DNA from: Eledone cirrhosa
Taxonomy: Eukaryota
Direction: 5' to 3'
DNA length: 64,000 nt
Assembly (NCBI GenBank): GCA_964016885.1
Contig: OZ024748.1
Span: 1,860,001-1,924,000 of the forward strand
Positions 10,571 to 26,649 of the stretch are shown here, piece by piece (position 1 is the first letter of the stretch; the number at the start of each line of letters is the position of its first letter). The translations under genes were made by a program, and so were the position numbers. The notes below the pieces were generated by a model. It was not told the origin of the DNA, did no database searches, and was given only the letters and a program-made list of their open reading frames with translations.

Positions 10571-12295
10571 CAAGTTCAAAGATGCACACATACATGCACA
10601 CTCACACACACACACACATGCATGCACAGAGAGAGAGAGAGAGAGAGAGGTGTACAAATGAAAGAATAGAGAACTCAACACGTTCTCTGAAGCTTAAATA
10701 TTTGTATCAACAGTTTGATCCAGGTTTGCCTCACTGTAAGTTACCCAAATGATCAGACAGGTATTTTTACATCTGTCAAACCTGTAACGTTCAATATGAA
10801 ATAAAAACGTTTTAAAGTGAATCTACCTTATCTCGTACATAATATATACATTCTGCTCATTATAAACATACATCACTCAGATCCCTCTCTCTCTCTGGAA
10901 GAAATCAAGGTTATTTTTTGCACCTGTGAAACTTTTAGTAATACAAAGCTGCATATATATATATACACACATACACACATACATATGTATCTCTCTCCTC
11001 TCTGTCTCTCTCTCTCTCTCATATATATATATACCATTTATGTTAGATGGTTTAACTAATGGGTAGATCTAGTCATTTCGATTGGAGGATCATGATGCAA
11101 GAAGCAAAAGCACTCAGTGTTATCATTCATCACAGATATAATGTCTCATCTGTCACTGAGGTCAAATTGACGGATGGACTGCCTCTGTATCAATTCTTTG
11201 TTTGTTTTGGTCTAGTCCAATAATTGATTCAACTAGGTAGATATGTCTGCATGCATGTGTGAGCAAGTATGGATGTTATTATATGTGTGGATGTGGATGT
11301 TTTGTGTTATATGTGTGCATGTGCAAATGTTTTTTATCTGTATATGTGTACATGCTGTTATTACAAGCAGAATTTTTGGAATGTTTTACACATTTTTACT
11401 GTTCCATTAATGGATTGTACTTGTAATTTCCTAACTAGTTGTGTTCTTTCTGTTTCTGTGAAGCCTAGCTTCTCAAGATTTATTACTGAGGCAGTTACTA
11501 ACATATCCCAGTCCCCCAATAATCACAGGTATAAATCTGAAGGTATAGTCAGGGTGGAGTATCTGCAGATGCCTCATTAGTTCTGCAATGTATGGGTGTG
11601 TGTGTATGTGTGTATATATGTATGCACTATGTATGTATATGTATATATCTATGTATTATGTATGTGTCTGTTTGTGTGTGTATGTCAGTACTTTTATAAA
11701 TTTTTGTTCGGTCATTGAACTGCAGTCTTGTACGTATGTAAGTATTCATGTATGTATGAATATATGTATGTATACCTGCTTTTATGTATATATGCATGCA
11801 TGAATGTATGTATATATGTATACATACATGAATGAATGTATATATGTATATATACATGTATGTATGTAAAAATATATTTTTTTTGTATATCATAGAATCA
11901 AAACAAATCTCTAATTATGTGTCCATTATTTTTAGATTTATTTGAAGTCTCATCCATTTCCATGTATTTTAAGTTACACATTTATTTTTATCCATTTCAT
12001 TAAAGGTTATTTGATTAACTCCATTATGAGTTTATATTGTATCAAGTTTGTTCAATATCCTTCAATTCTTATCTCAAATTTCTGAAATATCCCAATTTTT
12101 CTATACTATACACTGCAGTTTCTCCTTTGTCTTCATGTTAAGAAAAACTTCATAAATCTGATGATTGCATATAGAAATCTTTCCTCTTCATTTGTTTCTC
12201 AATTTTTACTTCATTATCTTGAAGAATGCCCTGTCTAGGATTGTAATTCAGATAGGTTTAGGATTTCTGTTCATATATCGATTTCACCTGCTTTG

Positions 12296-12761
<466 letters not shown>

Positions 12762-13210
12762 GATTAATGAACTTTTTTTTTATTTCTTCTATCTATAGTA
12801 ATAATTAACAGTTTTGCTGGACAGTTTAAAATACAATTCAGATAATAATTATTAATATTATCAATATTATTATTATTATTATTAACATCATTATCATTAT
12901 TATTTTGTTTGTTTATATATTTTTTCTGTTTGTAAATTGCTTTTTATTCTTGCAATATATATATATATATATTTTCATTAAAACTGCAGTCTTTATATGT
13001 TGCCAGTGTGTCTCAGTACTGCTGGAGTCACCCACTACAACAATAGCTATTGCTTCAAAGAATTACACACCTTTTCTTAAACAATGCTTCTATAAAGGCT
13101 CTGACGTAATAAACTAATGAATAGCTATATAAAAATATCTAATCATTTCAATATCCTTTGTTTTTATTTTTGCTTTGCTATAAATTCTTTGTACTCGAAA
13201 AAAAGAATGG

Positions 13211-13242
<32 letters not shown>

Positions 13243-13336
13243 AAATGAAGTAATTTCGTCGGAAAGGTCCAGGAAAAAAGAGTGCTCTATGTAAGTTACA
13301 GAGCTTATTAGTTATGTAATAAACATAAGATAATTA

Positions 13337-13396
13337 TTTCATTTACCAGTGGTTTCTTGAAAGCAACCAAAATTGCTTTCATTCATCAGAATGAAA
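13337..13396 (-). ncRNA. Type I hammerhead ribozyme
   Basis: Minus: tttcatt CUGAUGA a-tgaaagcaa-ttttgg-ttgctttca-a GAAA cca-c-tgg UA aatgaaa. 7-bp stem I, 9-bp stem II (A.A at the first position), quasi-palindromic stem III, GUA triplet. Confidence 0.8.
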
Positions 13397-14104
13397 AAAT
13401 CCTGGTGTCTTTATTGACAGTGGATTTGAAAAACAAAAATATAACAGATATGAAAGTGAATCTGGAGGAAAAAAAAGGGGGGGGATAATAAATAAGAATA
13501 TATAACACACACGTACACACGTACACACACACACACACACACACTCACATATACACACATATATACATATATATATATACATATATACACATATATATAC
13601 ACACACATATACACACACATACATATATATATATGTATATATATATACATACATAAACACACCAACACATATATATATATATATACACATATACATATAT
13701 ACATGCACACATACATATATATATATATATATATACATACATATACACATACACATACATACATACATACACACATACACACATATATACACACATGCAT
13801 ACGTACTCACATATAAAAGGATACATATGCTTACACACAAATAAGAATAAATAATCATAATAGGCCGTCGCATACAAATAAGCAAATAAAAAATAAGGAT
13901 TAAGAAAAATAAAAAAATAAAAAATATTAAGTTGACAGCGATACAAGACGGCAAAATTTAAAATAAAAATAATAAAAATAACAATAATAATAATAATAAT
14001 AAATGACCAAAACGCACGTAATAAGCAAATGCACAAAGAAAGAAAAACCTAAATATATATGTATATAAAAAAAATATATATATATACACACACATATATA
14101 TATA

Positions 14105-14675
14105 TGCAGAGGTTATATTTAATTTGTTGGGATTCAACAAGCTTAAACATTTTTATAACTGATATAAAGCACTCAACAATTAAGTGGAGTAAATACACAA
14201 TATATTAATAAAAGGAAGCTATATTTATAAAACCATATCTATTCTATTATACATATTTCAAGGGCAACCAAGGCAAATTATGGTGCGCTTTCATCAGATA
14301 AAATACAGATTTGTTTTATAAATATTGACATACCCGGAAAAAAGACAACCTTAACGGTTGGAGCTTCCTGGATAGTGGAGATAGTACATTTATTGAGGGT
14401 AATATAAAGTTATGAGTGAGTATGCAAATGAGTGTCCGAAAGGTTGAAAAGATAACGGTTTATTTAAATTAAACTGTTGGAAGAAGATGATTTGTAAGGG
14501 AGAGAGGAAAAAAAGAAAAAAAGAAAAAAGGAAGGAGAAAGATAGAAGAGGAAAGAAAGATTATATATATTGATAGTGAAAATAGAGTGCATGAAGAAAT
14601 AAGTTGCCCTTGAAATATGTATAATAAAATAAATATGGTTTTATAAATATAGTTTCCATTTATTAATATATTGTA
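14105..14675 (-). mobile_element. Fold-back pLTR-like element with hammerhead
   Basis: Inverted arms 14197-14268 / 14603-14674, tail 14105-14196, TA tracts on both sides. Confidence 0.7.
14240..14305 (-). ncRNA. Type I hammerhead ribozyme
   Basis: Minus: tattttat CUGAUGA aagcgca-cca..tgg-t-tgccctt GAAA tatgta UA atagaata. 8-bp stem I; stem III atatgtat is likely a CpG-decayed palindrome ATACGTAT. Confidence 0.75.
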
Positions 14676-14885
14676 TATATATATGTGTACATACACACAC
14701 ACATATATATACATATACACACACATACGCATACATATAAATATACAAGCACACCTCATACATATAAACACAGCACAGACACAAAAGAGTATATACATAC
14801 AAATACATATACACACGCACGCAGAAATGCATACAACCACATACACACATATAGTATAAAAATTTATTACATAACTATATATATC

Positions 14886-14930
<45 letters not shown>

Positions 14931-14989
14931 TCCATTCTTTTTTTCTCTCTCTCTCTCTATATATATGTGTATATAGATATATATGTATG

Positions 14990-15044
<55 letters not shown>

Positions 15045-15927
15045 TATACTTACACACATTTTTTCTCCCTTTTCATTCAAAGTCCCATAAAACTCTGCAA
15101 CACCATGGCGTCTGTAGAAATAAATCATTCCATAGAATGGTAATTTAAACTTTTGCAACGATGAATTTCATAATGTTGTTATTAGTATTCTTGGAATGAT
15201 TCCTGATTTTAGCATTTCTTCTGCTTCCGGCTTCAACCATTTATTTACCATTGTTTGAACACTGGCAGATAGAGAAGAAACTGGAAGAGTCAATTTAGGT
15301 GCTGTCTTTTAATGTATGTGTGTGTTTGTGCTCATTAGCATATGTGTGTGTATGTATGTATGTATGCTATGTGTGTATATTATGTATGTATTTATGTGTA
15401 TGTGTGTGTATGAATGTATGTATGTGTGTGTTCTTTTGGCTTTATTATTTTATCAATTTTAGCCAATAGAAAGAGAGCTGAGTTCTAAGATAGAAACAAG
15501 ACTCTTTGATTGGAGTTTAGACAATATCAACTCTATAAATATGTATGTTCGGGTGCATGTGTGTAGATATGGATGTTATTGCATGTGTGGATCTGTAGGT
15601 TTTCAGTCATATGTGTACATGGGCATGTGTTTCAGTATTTGTATGTGCATATGTATTTATTCCATGCATGTATGTATGTATACATGTATGTGTGTGTACA
15701 TGTTTGTGTGTATACATGTATGTGTGTATGTATGTAAGTATGTATACATGTATGTATGTATACATGTATGTATGTTTCTCTTTCTCTTAATTTTCGAGCA
15801 CAATTTTGATCGGCCACCTTCCTGGTGGTAAGGTTGTAAAAGAAAAGAAATTGTCATCCCTTGAATCGTTTTGCAAATTTTGAAGGTGCCAGCTATCGCA
15901 GCCATATGTAGTCTATGAATTAGGGAG

Positions 15928-15969
<42 letters not shown>

Positions 15970-17457
15970 TGAAGGTTTAGACACTCCCATAGGACAAATA
16001 ATGGATGCATTTATGGCTGATTAGTTCTAAAGTTGGTTTTGCAATCATGCGGCATTGAGTTTAGTTGCACTGTGTGGAATCTTGGCCAAGTGTCTTTCAC
16101 CTTGGCCTTGAGTTAGAAGACATTTGATAATATAAACCTGTATACCCCTAAAGGTGTTGACCTGTGGCTAACAGCAATAATCACTTGAGCCATCAGGAGA
16201 ACCTGACATGGTTGCTCAGTCTGCTAAATTTAGTTACCAGATCTTTCTAAATCCATGCCCTACTATCTTAAAAATAAGTAAATATTTAATAATGTATTCC
16301 CAGATGAACTATGCTTGATAAAGGCAGTCATATCACAACTGAAATATCTTTAATCATTAGTTTGCTTGTATAGTGCTGACCTGAGTCTAAACAACTACCT
16401 TTTAAAGTACATTCTACTTTAGCTAAGTCCCTCTTAAAATGCTCCATAATTCTTATTTTGTTTCAAACTCTCTTTAACATGCAAAACTAGTTGTTAAACA
16501 ATATTGTAGCTCACATACACTCTATCTTTTTGTCTTAAGCTTCAAAATATTATAATCCATATGTTTAGTGAGTGAAAAACTTAAGTAATGCCATAGCCAT
16601 GTTCTGACAGCCCCCTAGCTCACAAGTCCTTTGAAATGTTATGAAATTATATTAGAAATATAGTGAGAAAATGCGATGGTTATGAGGAGCAAGGGTGTAT
16701 AAGGCATTGCTTCAAAAGACCCCATCCCCTTACCATAAGTACTTATACTTTATACTTATGGGTTCCACAATGTGAGCTATTGTTTCAACATGCAAAATAG
16801 CTTTCAAATGCATATCTGGAAGTTAGATTTTTACATCCTGTGTTGGAAAGAATAAAAATACAGATTTAAAATATCAGAAAAATCTTTTCAAAAATAAAAT
16901 GGTGGCATTGGTTAGGATGGTGATAGGATAAATGTAAGAGCTCCCTGTTATTAATAATTTAAAAGTAATATCAAGAAATATTGAAGGGAAGTAAGTTTGC
17001 ATAAAAAGCCATTTTTTTGTATAGTTATAGGGAAATGAGAATGTTGTGCAGTTTGTGTTTTATTAGGTTAATGTTTTATTTTTTATGTTGTTGTTGTTGA
17101 TAGACGTGAAATATCTCCACTGAAATATTCATAATCTTTACTGTCGACTGAACACTGAGTGTCTTATCTTAATAGTCACATTATTTTCATCAATACTGTT
17201 AGCTGATTACAACTACATATAGAAACACACATACATGTACAGACACACAGACACACCTATATATACATAAGTATATATGAGTATGTTTGGGGTACACATG
17301 TATGTATACAAATATGGTTTGTGTTTGAACATATATATATATAATATACCTATTTATATGTATATATATACATATACATATATGTATATATATACATATG
17401 CATATATGTTTATATATACATATTGTATATATATATATATATATATATATACCTATG

Positions 17458-17493
<36 letters not shown>

Positions 17494-17530
17494 GGTATAT
17501 TATATATATATATAATATATATAATATACC

Positions 17531-17567
<37 letters not shown>

Positions 17568-17569
17568 CC

Positions 17570-17618
<49 letters not shown>

Positions 17619-17620
17619 CC

Positions 17621-17661
<41 letters not shown>

Positions 17662-17663
17662 CC

Positions 17664-17700
<37 letters not shown>

Positions 17701-17702
17701 CC

Positions 17703-17739
<37 letters not shown>

Positions 17740-17745
17740 CCTATG

Positions 17746-17776
<31 letters not shown>

Positions 17777-18015
17777 CCTATGTATATATATATATGTATA
17801 TATATATATAATATACCTATGTATATATATATATGTATATATATATATAATATACCTATGTATATATATATATGTATATATATATATAATATACCTATGT
17901 ATATATATATATGTATATATATATATAATATACCTATGTATATATATATATATGTATATATATATATAATATACCTATGTATATATATATATGTATATAT
18001 ATAATATACCTATGG

Positions 18016-18063
<48 letters not shown>

Positions 18064-18104
18064 ATGGATATATATATATGTATATATATATAATATACCT
18101 ATGG

Positions 18105-18135
<31 letters not shown>

Positions 18136-18147
18136 ATATACCTATGG

Positions 18148-18191
<44 letters not shown>

Positions 18192-18314
18192 CCTATATAT
18201 ATATATAATATACCTATTTATATATATATATTTATGTATAATATACCTATATATATATATAATATACATATATATATATATAATATACCTATATATATAT
18301 ATATATAATATACC

Positions 18315-18427
<113 letters not shown>

Positions 18428-18444
18428 TATATATATATAATATA

Positions 18445-18501
<57 letters not shown>

Positions 18502-18606
18502 ATATACCTATATATATATATATAATATACCTATATATATATAATATACCTATATATATATATATATATATAATATACCTATATATATATATATATATAA
18601 TATACC

Positions 18607-18637
<31 letters not shown>

Positions 18638-18688
18638 CCTATATATATATATATATATATAATATACCTATATATATATATATAATAT

Positions 18689-18732
<44 letters not shown>

Positions 18733-18777
18733 CCTATATATATATATAATATACATATATATATAATATACCTATAT

Positions 18778-18822
<45 letters not shown>

Positions 18823-19429
18823 CCTATATATATATGTATTATATGTATATAATATACCTATATATATTATATATATATATAATATACCAATATATATATA
18901 TATTATATATATATATAATATATATAATATATATATAATATACCTATATATATATATTATATATATATATTATATATATATATTATATATATTATATATA
19001 TATATTATATATATATATTATATATATTATATATATATATATTATATATATATATATGATATATATTATATATATATATATATTATATATATATATATTA
19101 TATATTATATATATTATATATATTATATATATATATATTATATATATATATTATATATATTATATATATATATATTATATATATATATATTATATATATT
19201 ATATATATATATTATATATATATATATTATATATATTATATATATTATATATATTATATATATATATATATTATATATATATATATTATATATATTATAT
19301 ATATATATATTATATATATATATATTATATATATTATATATATATATATATTATATATATATATATTATATATATTATATATATATATATATTATATATT
19401 ATATATTATATATATTATATATATATTAT

Positions 19430-19482
<53 letters not shown>

Positions 19483-19875
19483 AATATATATATATATATA
19501 TAATATATATATATAATATATATATATAATATATATATATTATAATATATATATATTATATATATATTATATATATATTATAATATATATATAATATATA
19601 TATATATAATATATATATATTATATATATATTATATATATAATATATATATATTATAATATATATATAATATATATATATTATATATATATTATGTATAT
19701 ATATATATATATAATATATATATATATTATATATATAATACATATATAATATATATATATTATATATATATTATATATATAATACATATATAATATATAT
19801 ATATTATATATATATAATATATATATATAATATATATATATATTATAAATATATATATATATATTATATATATAT

Positions 19876-19935
<60 letters not shown>

Positions 19936-19972
19936 TATATTATAAATATATATATATATAATATATATATAT

Positions 19973-20020
<48 letters not shown>

Positions 20021-20331
20021 TATATTATATATATATTATATATATATATATATTATATATATAATATATATATTATATATATATATATATAATATATAAT
20101 ATATATATTATATATATAATATATATATATTATATATATATATATAATATATATATTATATTATATATAATATATATATATATTATATATATATATTTAT
20201 AATATATATATATAATATATATATATATTATATATATATATATTTATAATATATATATATAATATATATATATATATAATATATATATATTATAGATACA
20301 TATATATATATTATATATATATATATAATAT

Positions 20332-20416
<85 letters not shown>

Positions 20417-20507
20417 ATATAATATATATATATAATATATATATATATTATATATATATATATTATATATATATATATAATATATATATATAATATATAT
20501 ATATAAT

Positions 20508-20539
<32 letters not shown>

Positions 20540-20559
20540 ATATATATATATATTATATA

Positions 20560-20597
<38 letters not shown>

Positions 20598-20668
20598 TAT
20601 ATATTTATATATATATATATATATATAATATATATATATATATAATATATATATATATATATAATATA

Positions 20669-20759
<91 letters not shown>

Positions 20760-20801
20760 TATATATATAATATATATATATATATAATATATATATATAA
20801 T

Positions 20802-20856
<55 letters not shown>

Positions 20857-21154
20857 TATATATATAATATATATATATAATATATATATATATAATATAT
20901 ATATATATAATATATATATATATAATATATATATATAATATATATATATATTATATATATATATATATATTATATATAATATATATATATAATATATATA
21001 TATATAATATATATATATATAATATATATATATAATATATATATATATTATATATATATATATATATTATATATATATATATATATATAATATATATATA
21101 TAATATATATATATAATATATATATATAATATATATATATAATATATATATAAT

Positions 21155-21220
<66 letters not shown>

Positions 21221-21381
21221 TATATATTATATATATATATATAATATATATATATAATAATATAATATATATATATAATATATATATATAATATATATAT
21301 ATATTATATGTATATATTATATATATATTATAATATATATATATAATATATATATATATTATAATATATATATATGTATAT

Positions 21382-22400
21382 ACATCCGGCCTGGATGTTG
21401 TGGGACCAACATAACTGTACATTGAAAGGGGCGGTGTGGAGGTGGTGGGACGGGGGGGGGGTGTTTTGATAGAGATGCCTACTGACTGTAGTAGGTTTTT
21501 ACTTTGTATTTAGGTAAGGCGGGTCTTCTCTATTACTGAGTACCGCCAAAGGTCTCGGTCCAGTGACATTGTCTTGGAGAGGTGTAAGTGTGTGAGGTCG
21601 GAATTTATCAGCTCGTCCCATGTTTTTTCTGGGTCTGCCTACTCCGTGGCTACCGTCTATCTTTATTGCCCTGCACTTTGTTATACAGCTGTCGTCTTTC
21701 ATGCGCATCACGTGACCGTACCAACGTAGCCTTCTCTCGAGTAAACAACATCTGATCCCTCTTATTTCTAATTTTTTCCTTAGTTCGTTTATGCTTTGCC
21801 GTTCACGTATATTACTATTGCACATCCAGCGGAGCATGCAAGCTTCGTTCCTCTCTAGTCTGCGTATATCCTCTGCACACAATGCCCAGGTCTCACTGCC
21901 ATGCAGCATTGCTGTTCGTATGCAGGCATCGTATAACCTGCCTTTCATTTTTAGGGATAACCCTCTAGCGGCTAATAGTGGTATAAGCTCTCTGAACTTT
22001 TTCCATCCAGTTCTGACTCTAGCTACTGTACTCTCAGAGCACCCTCCCCCACTGCTGATTTTGTCACCCAGGTAACGGAAGCTGTCCACTATTTCTATAG
22101 AACCCTCTGCGCAGTTGAAGGAGCTAGTATTTTGTGGGCACTTGCTGCTACTTATTGCACCAGAGCACTGGCCACATGTAAAATCTATGTTCTTAGTTAG
22201 CTTACCTGTGATCCCACTACATCTTTTATGCACCCATACTTTGCATTTGGGACATAAAATGGAGTTTCTACCTACGCCTTTCCTACACACTGAGCATGGC
22301 CATTTCCCAGATGGGACTGCCGCCATATTTTCTTTCCTACAAACTAGAACTTTAGTCTTAGCCAGGTTAATTTTAAGGCCTTTTGATTCTAGGCCGTGCT
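21382..22400 (-). mobile_element. RTE LINE fragment (PHD finger to partial 3' UTR)
   Basis: ORF 21499-22326 is nearly identical to the C-terminal part of ORF 43558-45510, with a frameshift near 21620. Confidence 0.95.
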
Positions 22401-22817
22401 ATATTATATATATATATATATAATATACCTATATATATATATAATATACCTATATATATATATAATATACCTATATATATATATATAATATACCTATATA
22501 TATATATAATATACCTATATATATATATAATATACCTATATATATATATATATAATATACCTATATATATATATAATATACCTATATATATATATATAAT
22601 ATACCTATATATATAATATACATATATATATAATATACCTATAGATATATAATATACCTATAGATATATAATATACCTATAGATATATAATATACCTATA
22701 TATATATAATATACCTATATATATATAATATACCTATATATATATATTATATATATATTATATATATATATATATATTATACCTATATATATATATTATA
22801 TATATATATAATATACC

Positions 22818-22850
<33 letters not shown>

Positions 22851-23065
22851 CCTATATATATATATATATATAATATACCTATATATATATATTATATATA
22901 TATATATATTATATATATATATAATATACCTATATATATATATATATATATTATACCTATATATATATATTATATATATATATAATATACCTATATATAT
23001 ATATATATATTATACCTATATATATATATTATATATATATATATTATATATATATATAATATACC

Positions 23066-23096
<31 letters not shown>

Positions 23097-23143
23097 CCTA
23101 TATATATATATTATATATATATATATAAATAATATACCTATTT

Positions 23144-23280
23144 ATATTTATTAAAATAACAGATTAATCTGTTATTTTAATAAATATTTGCTCTACGGTT
23201 CTTATATATTTGATATATATTTATCCTTATCGAGCCCTCTTTGGATTTTAGTCTTCAAATTTATTATTATTACTAATATA
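23144..23280 (+). mobile_element. Short fold-back element (family F): 44-bp perfect palindrome + tail
   Basis: 23144-23187 is a perfect palindrome. The tail matches the reverse complement of 39104-39202. Confidence 0.75.
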
Positions 23281-23385
23281 ACTATATATGTATTATATAT
23301 ATATATATATATATATAATATACCTATATATATATATTATATATATATATAATATACCTATTTATATATATATATATAATATACC

Positions 23386-23416
<31 letters not shown>

Positions 23417-23641
23417 CCTATATATATATATATATAATATACCTATATATATATATATTATATATATATATATATATAATATACCTATATATATATATAT
23501 TATATATATATATATATATATAATATACCTATATATATATATATTATATATATATATATATATAATATACCTATATATATATATATTATATATATATATA
23601 TATAATATACCTATATATATATATATTATATATATATATAT

Positions 23642-23673
<32 letters not shown>

Positions 23674-23697
23674 ATATATATAATATACCTATATATA

Positions 23698-23742
<45 letters not shown>

Positions 23743-23781
23743 ATATTATATATATATATATATATAATATACCTATATATA

Positions 23782-23824
<43 letters not shown>

Positions 23825-23828
23825 ATAT

Positions 23829-23860
<32 letters not shown>

Positions 23861-24522
23861 ATATATAATATACCTATATATATATATATTATATATATAT
23901 ATAATATACCTATATATATATATATTATATATATATATATATATAATATACCTATATATATATATATTATATATATATATAATATACCTATATATATATA
24001 TATTATATATATATATAATATACCTATATATATATATATATTATATATATATATAATATACCTATATATATATATATTATATATATATATAATATACCTA
24101 TATATATATATATATTATATATATATATAATATACCTATATATATATATATATTATATATATATATAATATACCTATATATATATATATATTATATATAT
24201 ATATAATATACCTATATATATATATATATTATATATATATATAATATACCTATATATATATATATATTATATATATATATAATATACCTATATATATATA
24301 TATATTATATATATATATAATATACCTATATATATATATATATTATATATATATAATATACCTATATATATATATATATTATATATATATATAATATACC
24401 TATATATATATATATATTATATATATATATAATATACCTATATATATATATATATTATATATATATATAATATACCTATTTGTATATATATATATATATA
24501 ATATACCTATTTGTATATATAT

Positions 24523-25128
24523 ATAAATTCCGACCTCACACGCTTACACCTCTCCAAGACAATGTCACTGGACCGAGACCTTTGGCGGTACTCAGTAATA
24601 GAGAAGACCCGCCTTACCTAAATACAAAGTAAAAACCTACTACAGTCAGTAGGCATCTCTATCAAAACACACCCCCGTCCCACCACCTCCACCCCATCCA
24701 CACCGCCCCTTTCAATGTAAAGTTATGTTGGTCCCACAACATCCAGGCCGAAATAAATGAGATTGTGTAAGTGTCACGATAAAAAAACACACAGTCCACG
24801 CTGTAAATGTGGCCGTGTAGGCAACACGGTAAAAACCTCCCAGCCCCACACTGTAAATGTGGTTGGTGTTAGGAAGGGCATCCAGCTGTAGAAAACCCGC
24901 CAGACAGTCCACGCTGTAATGTGGCCGTGTAGGCAACACGGTAAAAACCTCCCAGCCCCACACTGTAAATGTGGTTGGTGTTAGGAAGGGCATCTAACTG
25001 TAGAAAACCCGCCAGACAGTCCTATGCGAGCAAGACAACCACTCTTGCCTCAAGTGGGAAAACCCCCGTCCAAACCCATGCAAGCGTGGAACACGGACGC
25101 TAAACCTGATGATGATGATGATGATGAT
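24523..25128 (+). mobile_element. RTE LINE 3' end with tandemly duplicated UTR module and (GAT)n tail
   Basis: Reverse complement of 21387-21608 at its start; ~113-bp unit duplicated at 24791-24903 / 24904-25015. Confidence 0.95.
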
Positions 25129-25444
25129 AATATACCTATTTGTATATATATATATAATATACCTATTTTTATATATATATATATATATAATATACCTATT
25201 TGTATATATATATATATATAATATACCTATACCTATTTGTATATGTATATATAATATACCTATTTGTGTATATATATATAATATACCTATTTGTGTATAT
25301 ATATATAATATACCTATTTGTGTATATATATATAATATACCTATTGTATATAATATACCTATTTTTGTATATATCTATAATATACCTATTTGTATGTATA
25401 TATATATATATATTATACCTATTTATATGTATATATATACATAA

Positions 25445-25631
25445 AAGCACCCAGCCCACACTGTAAAGTGGTTGTGTAGTATCCACGGAAAAAAAAGCAC
25501 CTAGCACTCACTGTAAATGAGGTTGGTGTTAGGAAGGGCATCCAGCTGTAGAAATCAAGCCAGAATCAGTTCCTGTGCACCCTTGCAAGCAGGGAAAAGC
25601 GGAAGTAAAATGAAATTATGATGATGATGAT
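25445..25631 (+). mobile_element. 5'-truncated SINE / RTE tail (type 2 tail)
   Basis: ggttggtgttaggaagggcatccagctgtag ... cccttgcaagcagggaaaagcgg-(GAT)n. Confidence 0.8.
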
Positions 25632-25696
25632 GCATATATGTTTATATATACATATATGTATATATGTACATATATATATATGTATATATATATATG

Positions 25697-25728
<32 letters not shown>

Positions 25729-26269
25729 TACACACACATACATACACACACACACGTGTGTGTCGATATGTGTGTATACATACATAAATATACCAGCACA
25801 TGATAAACAGATGTTAAAATGATGATCAGGCTCCTAGTGTTTGTCTGACCACCACTTCTTTACATTGCATTTCACTTCTAAGCACCCCCCCCCCCCCCCA
25901 CACACACACACTCCATAGCTGCTATACTTCTGTCAAAGAAACAGGACTCTCTGCTACTTAGAGCAAGAAATGTTGAAATCTACTGCCCCCTCTCACTTCA
26001 ATTCCTTACAAATGGGACATTCACAACCCAAACATCAACAAATAACTGACTTACATAAGTATATTACATATTCATCAGTAGCACAGAGGCTATATTTACA
26101 GATTCTATAGCTTTAATCTTGCCATACTTATTGGAATTGAAAAAAGAAAATTGAATTGAAGCAGAGCAGTTATGCCATCATACGAAAATTTGATTCCTAT
26201 GTAAACAGAACAAAGTCTGCAATTTCTGCAAAGCATTTCATCTGATCTGCTGACTTTGCGATTCCACCA

Positions 26270-26368
26270 CCCTAAACACCAACTTAATAATGAGAAAGTT
26301 TGTTATATTACTAAAGCCCTTGAAATTCTTGATTATTTTCAAAGGAAATATTGTAATGAAAGGGTTAA
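26270..26368 (-). mobile_element. Partial piggyBac-like MITE
   Basis: Ends in aaagggTTAA; its reverse complement matches the left part of 59321-59583. Confidence 0.6.
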
Positions 26369-26649
26369 ATATATAAAGTAAATACAGGCGATTTGAGGGT
26401 GATTTAGCTGCTGTTTGTAGTAGGTCAAGTGATGACATTCAATCTCCTTCATTGACACATTTTCAGTAAAATTAATCAAGAATATTAAATTTCTTATTGC
26501 TTAGTCACAAGGAAGGAGAGTTTTCATTGTCCTTTTGAAGGTTGTGAAACTGATTTTAGGGAGGAAGGAAGGTATCCTCATATTGGAGATGTAGTCGCAG
26601 GGCTGAGTTGTGTTGTTAAACTAGGTGAGAGATTAAGTCTACTACCCAG

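Noticed and set aside
12155-12190. CTGATGA...GAAA hammerhead-like motif
   Set aside because: No stem II or stem I pairing.
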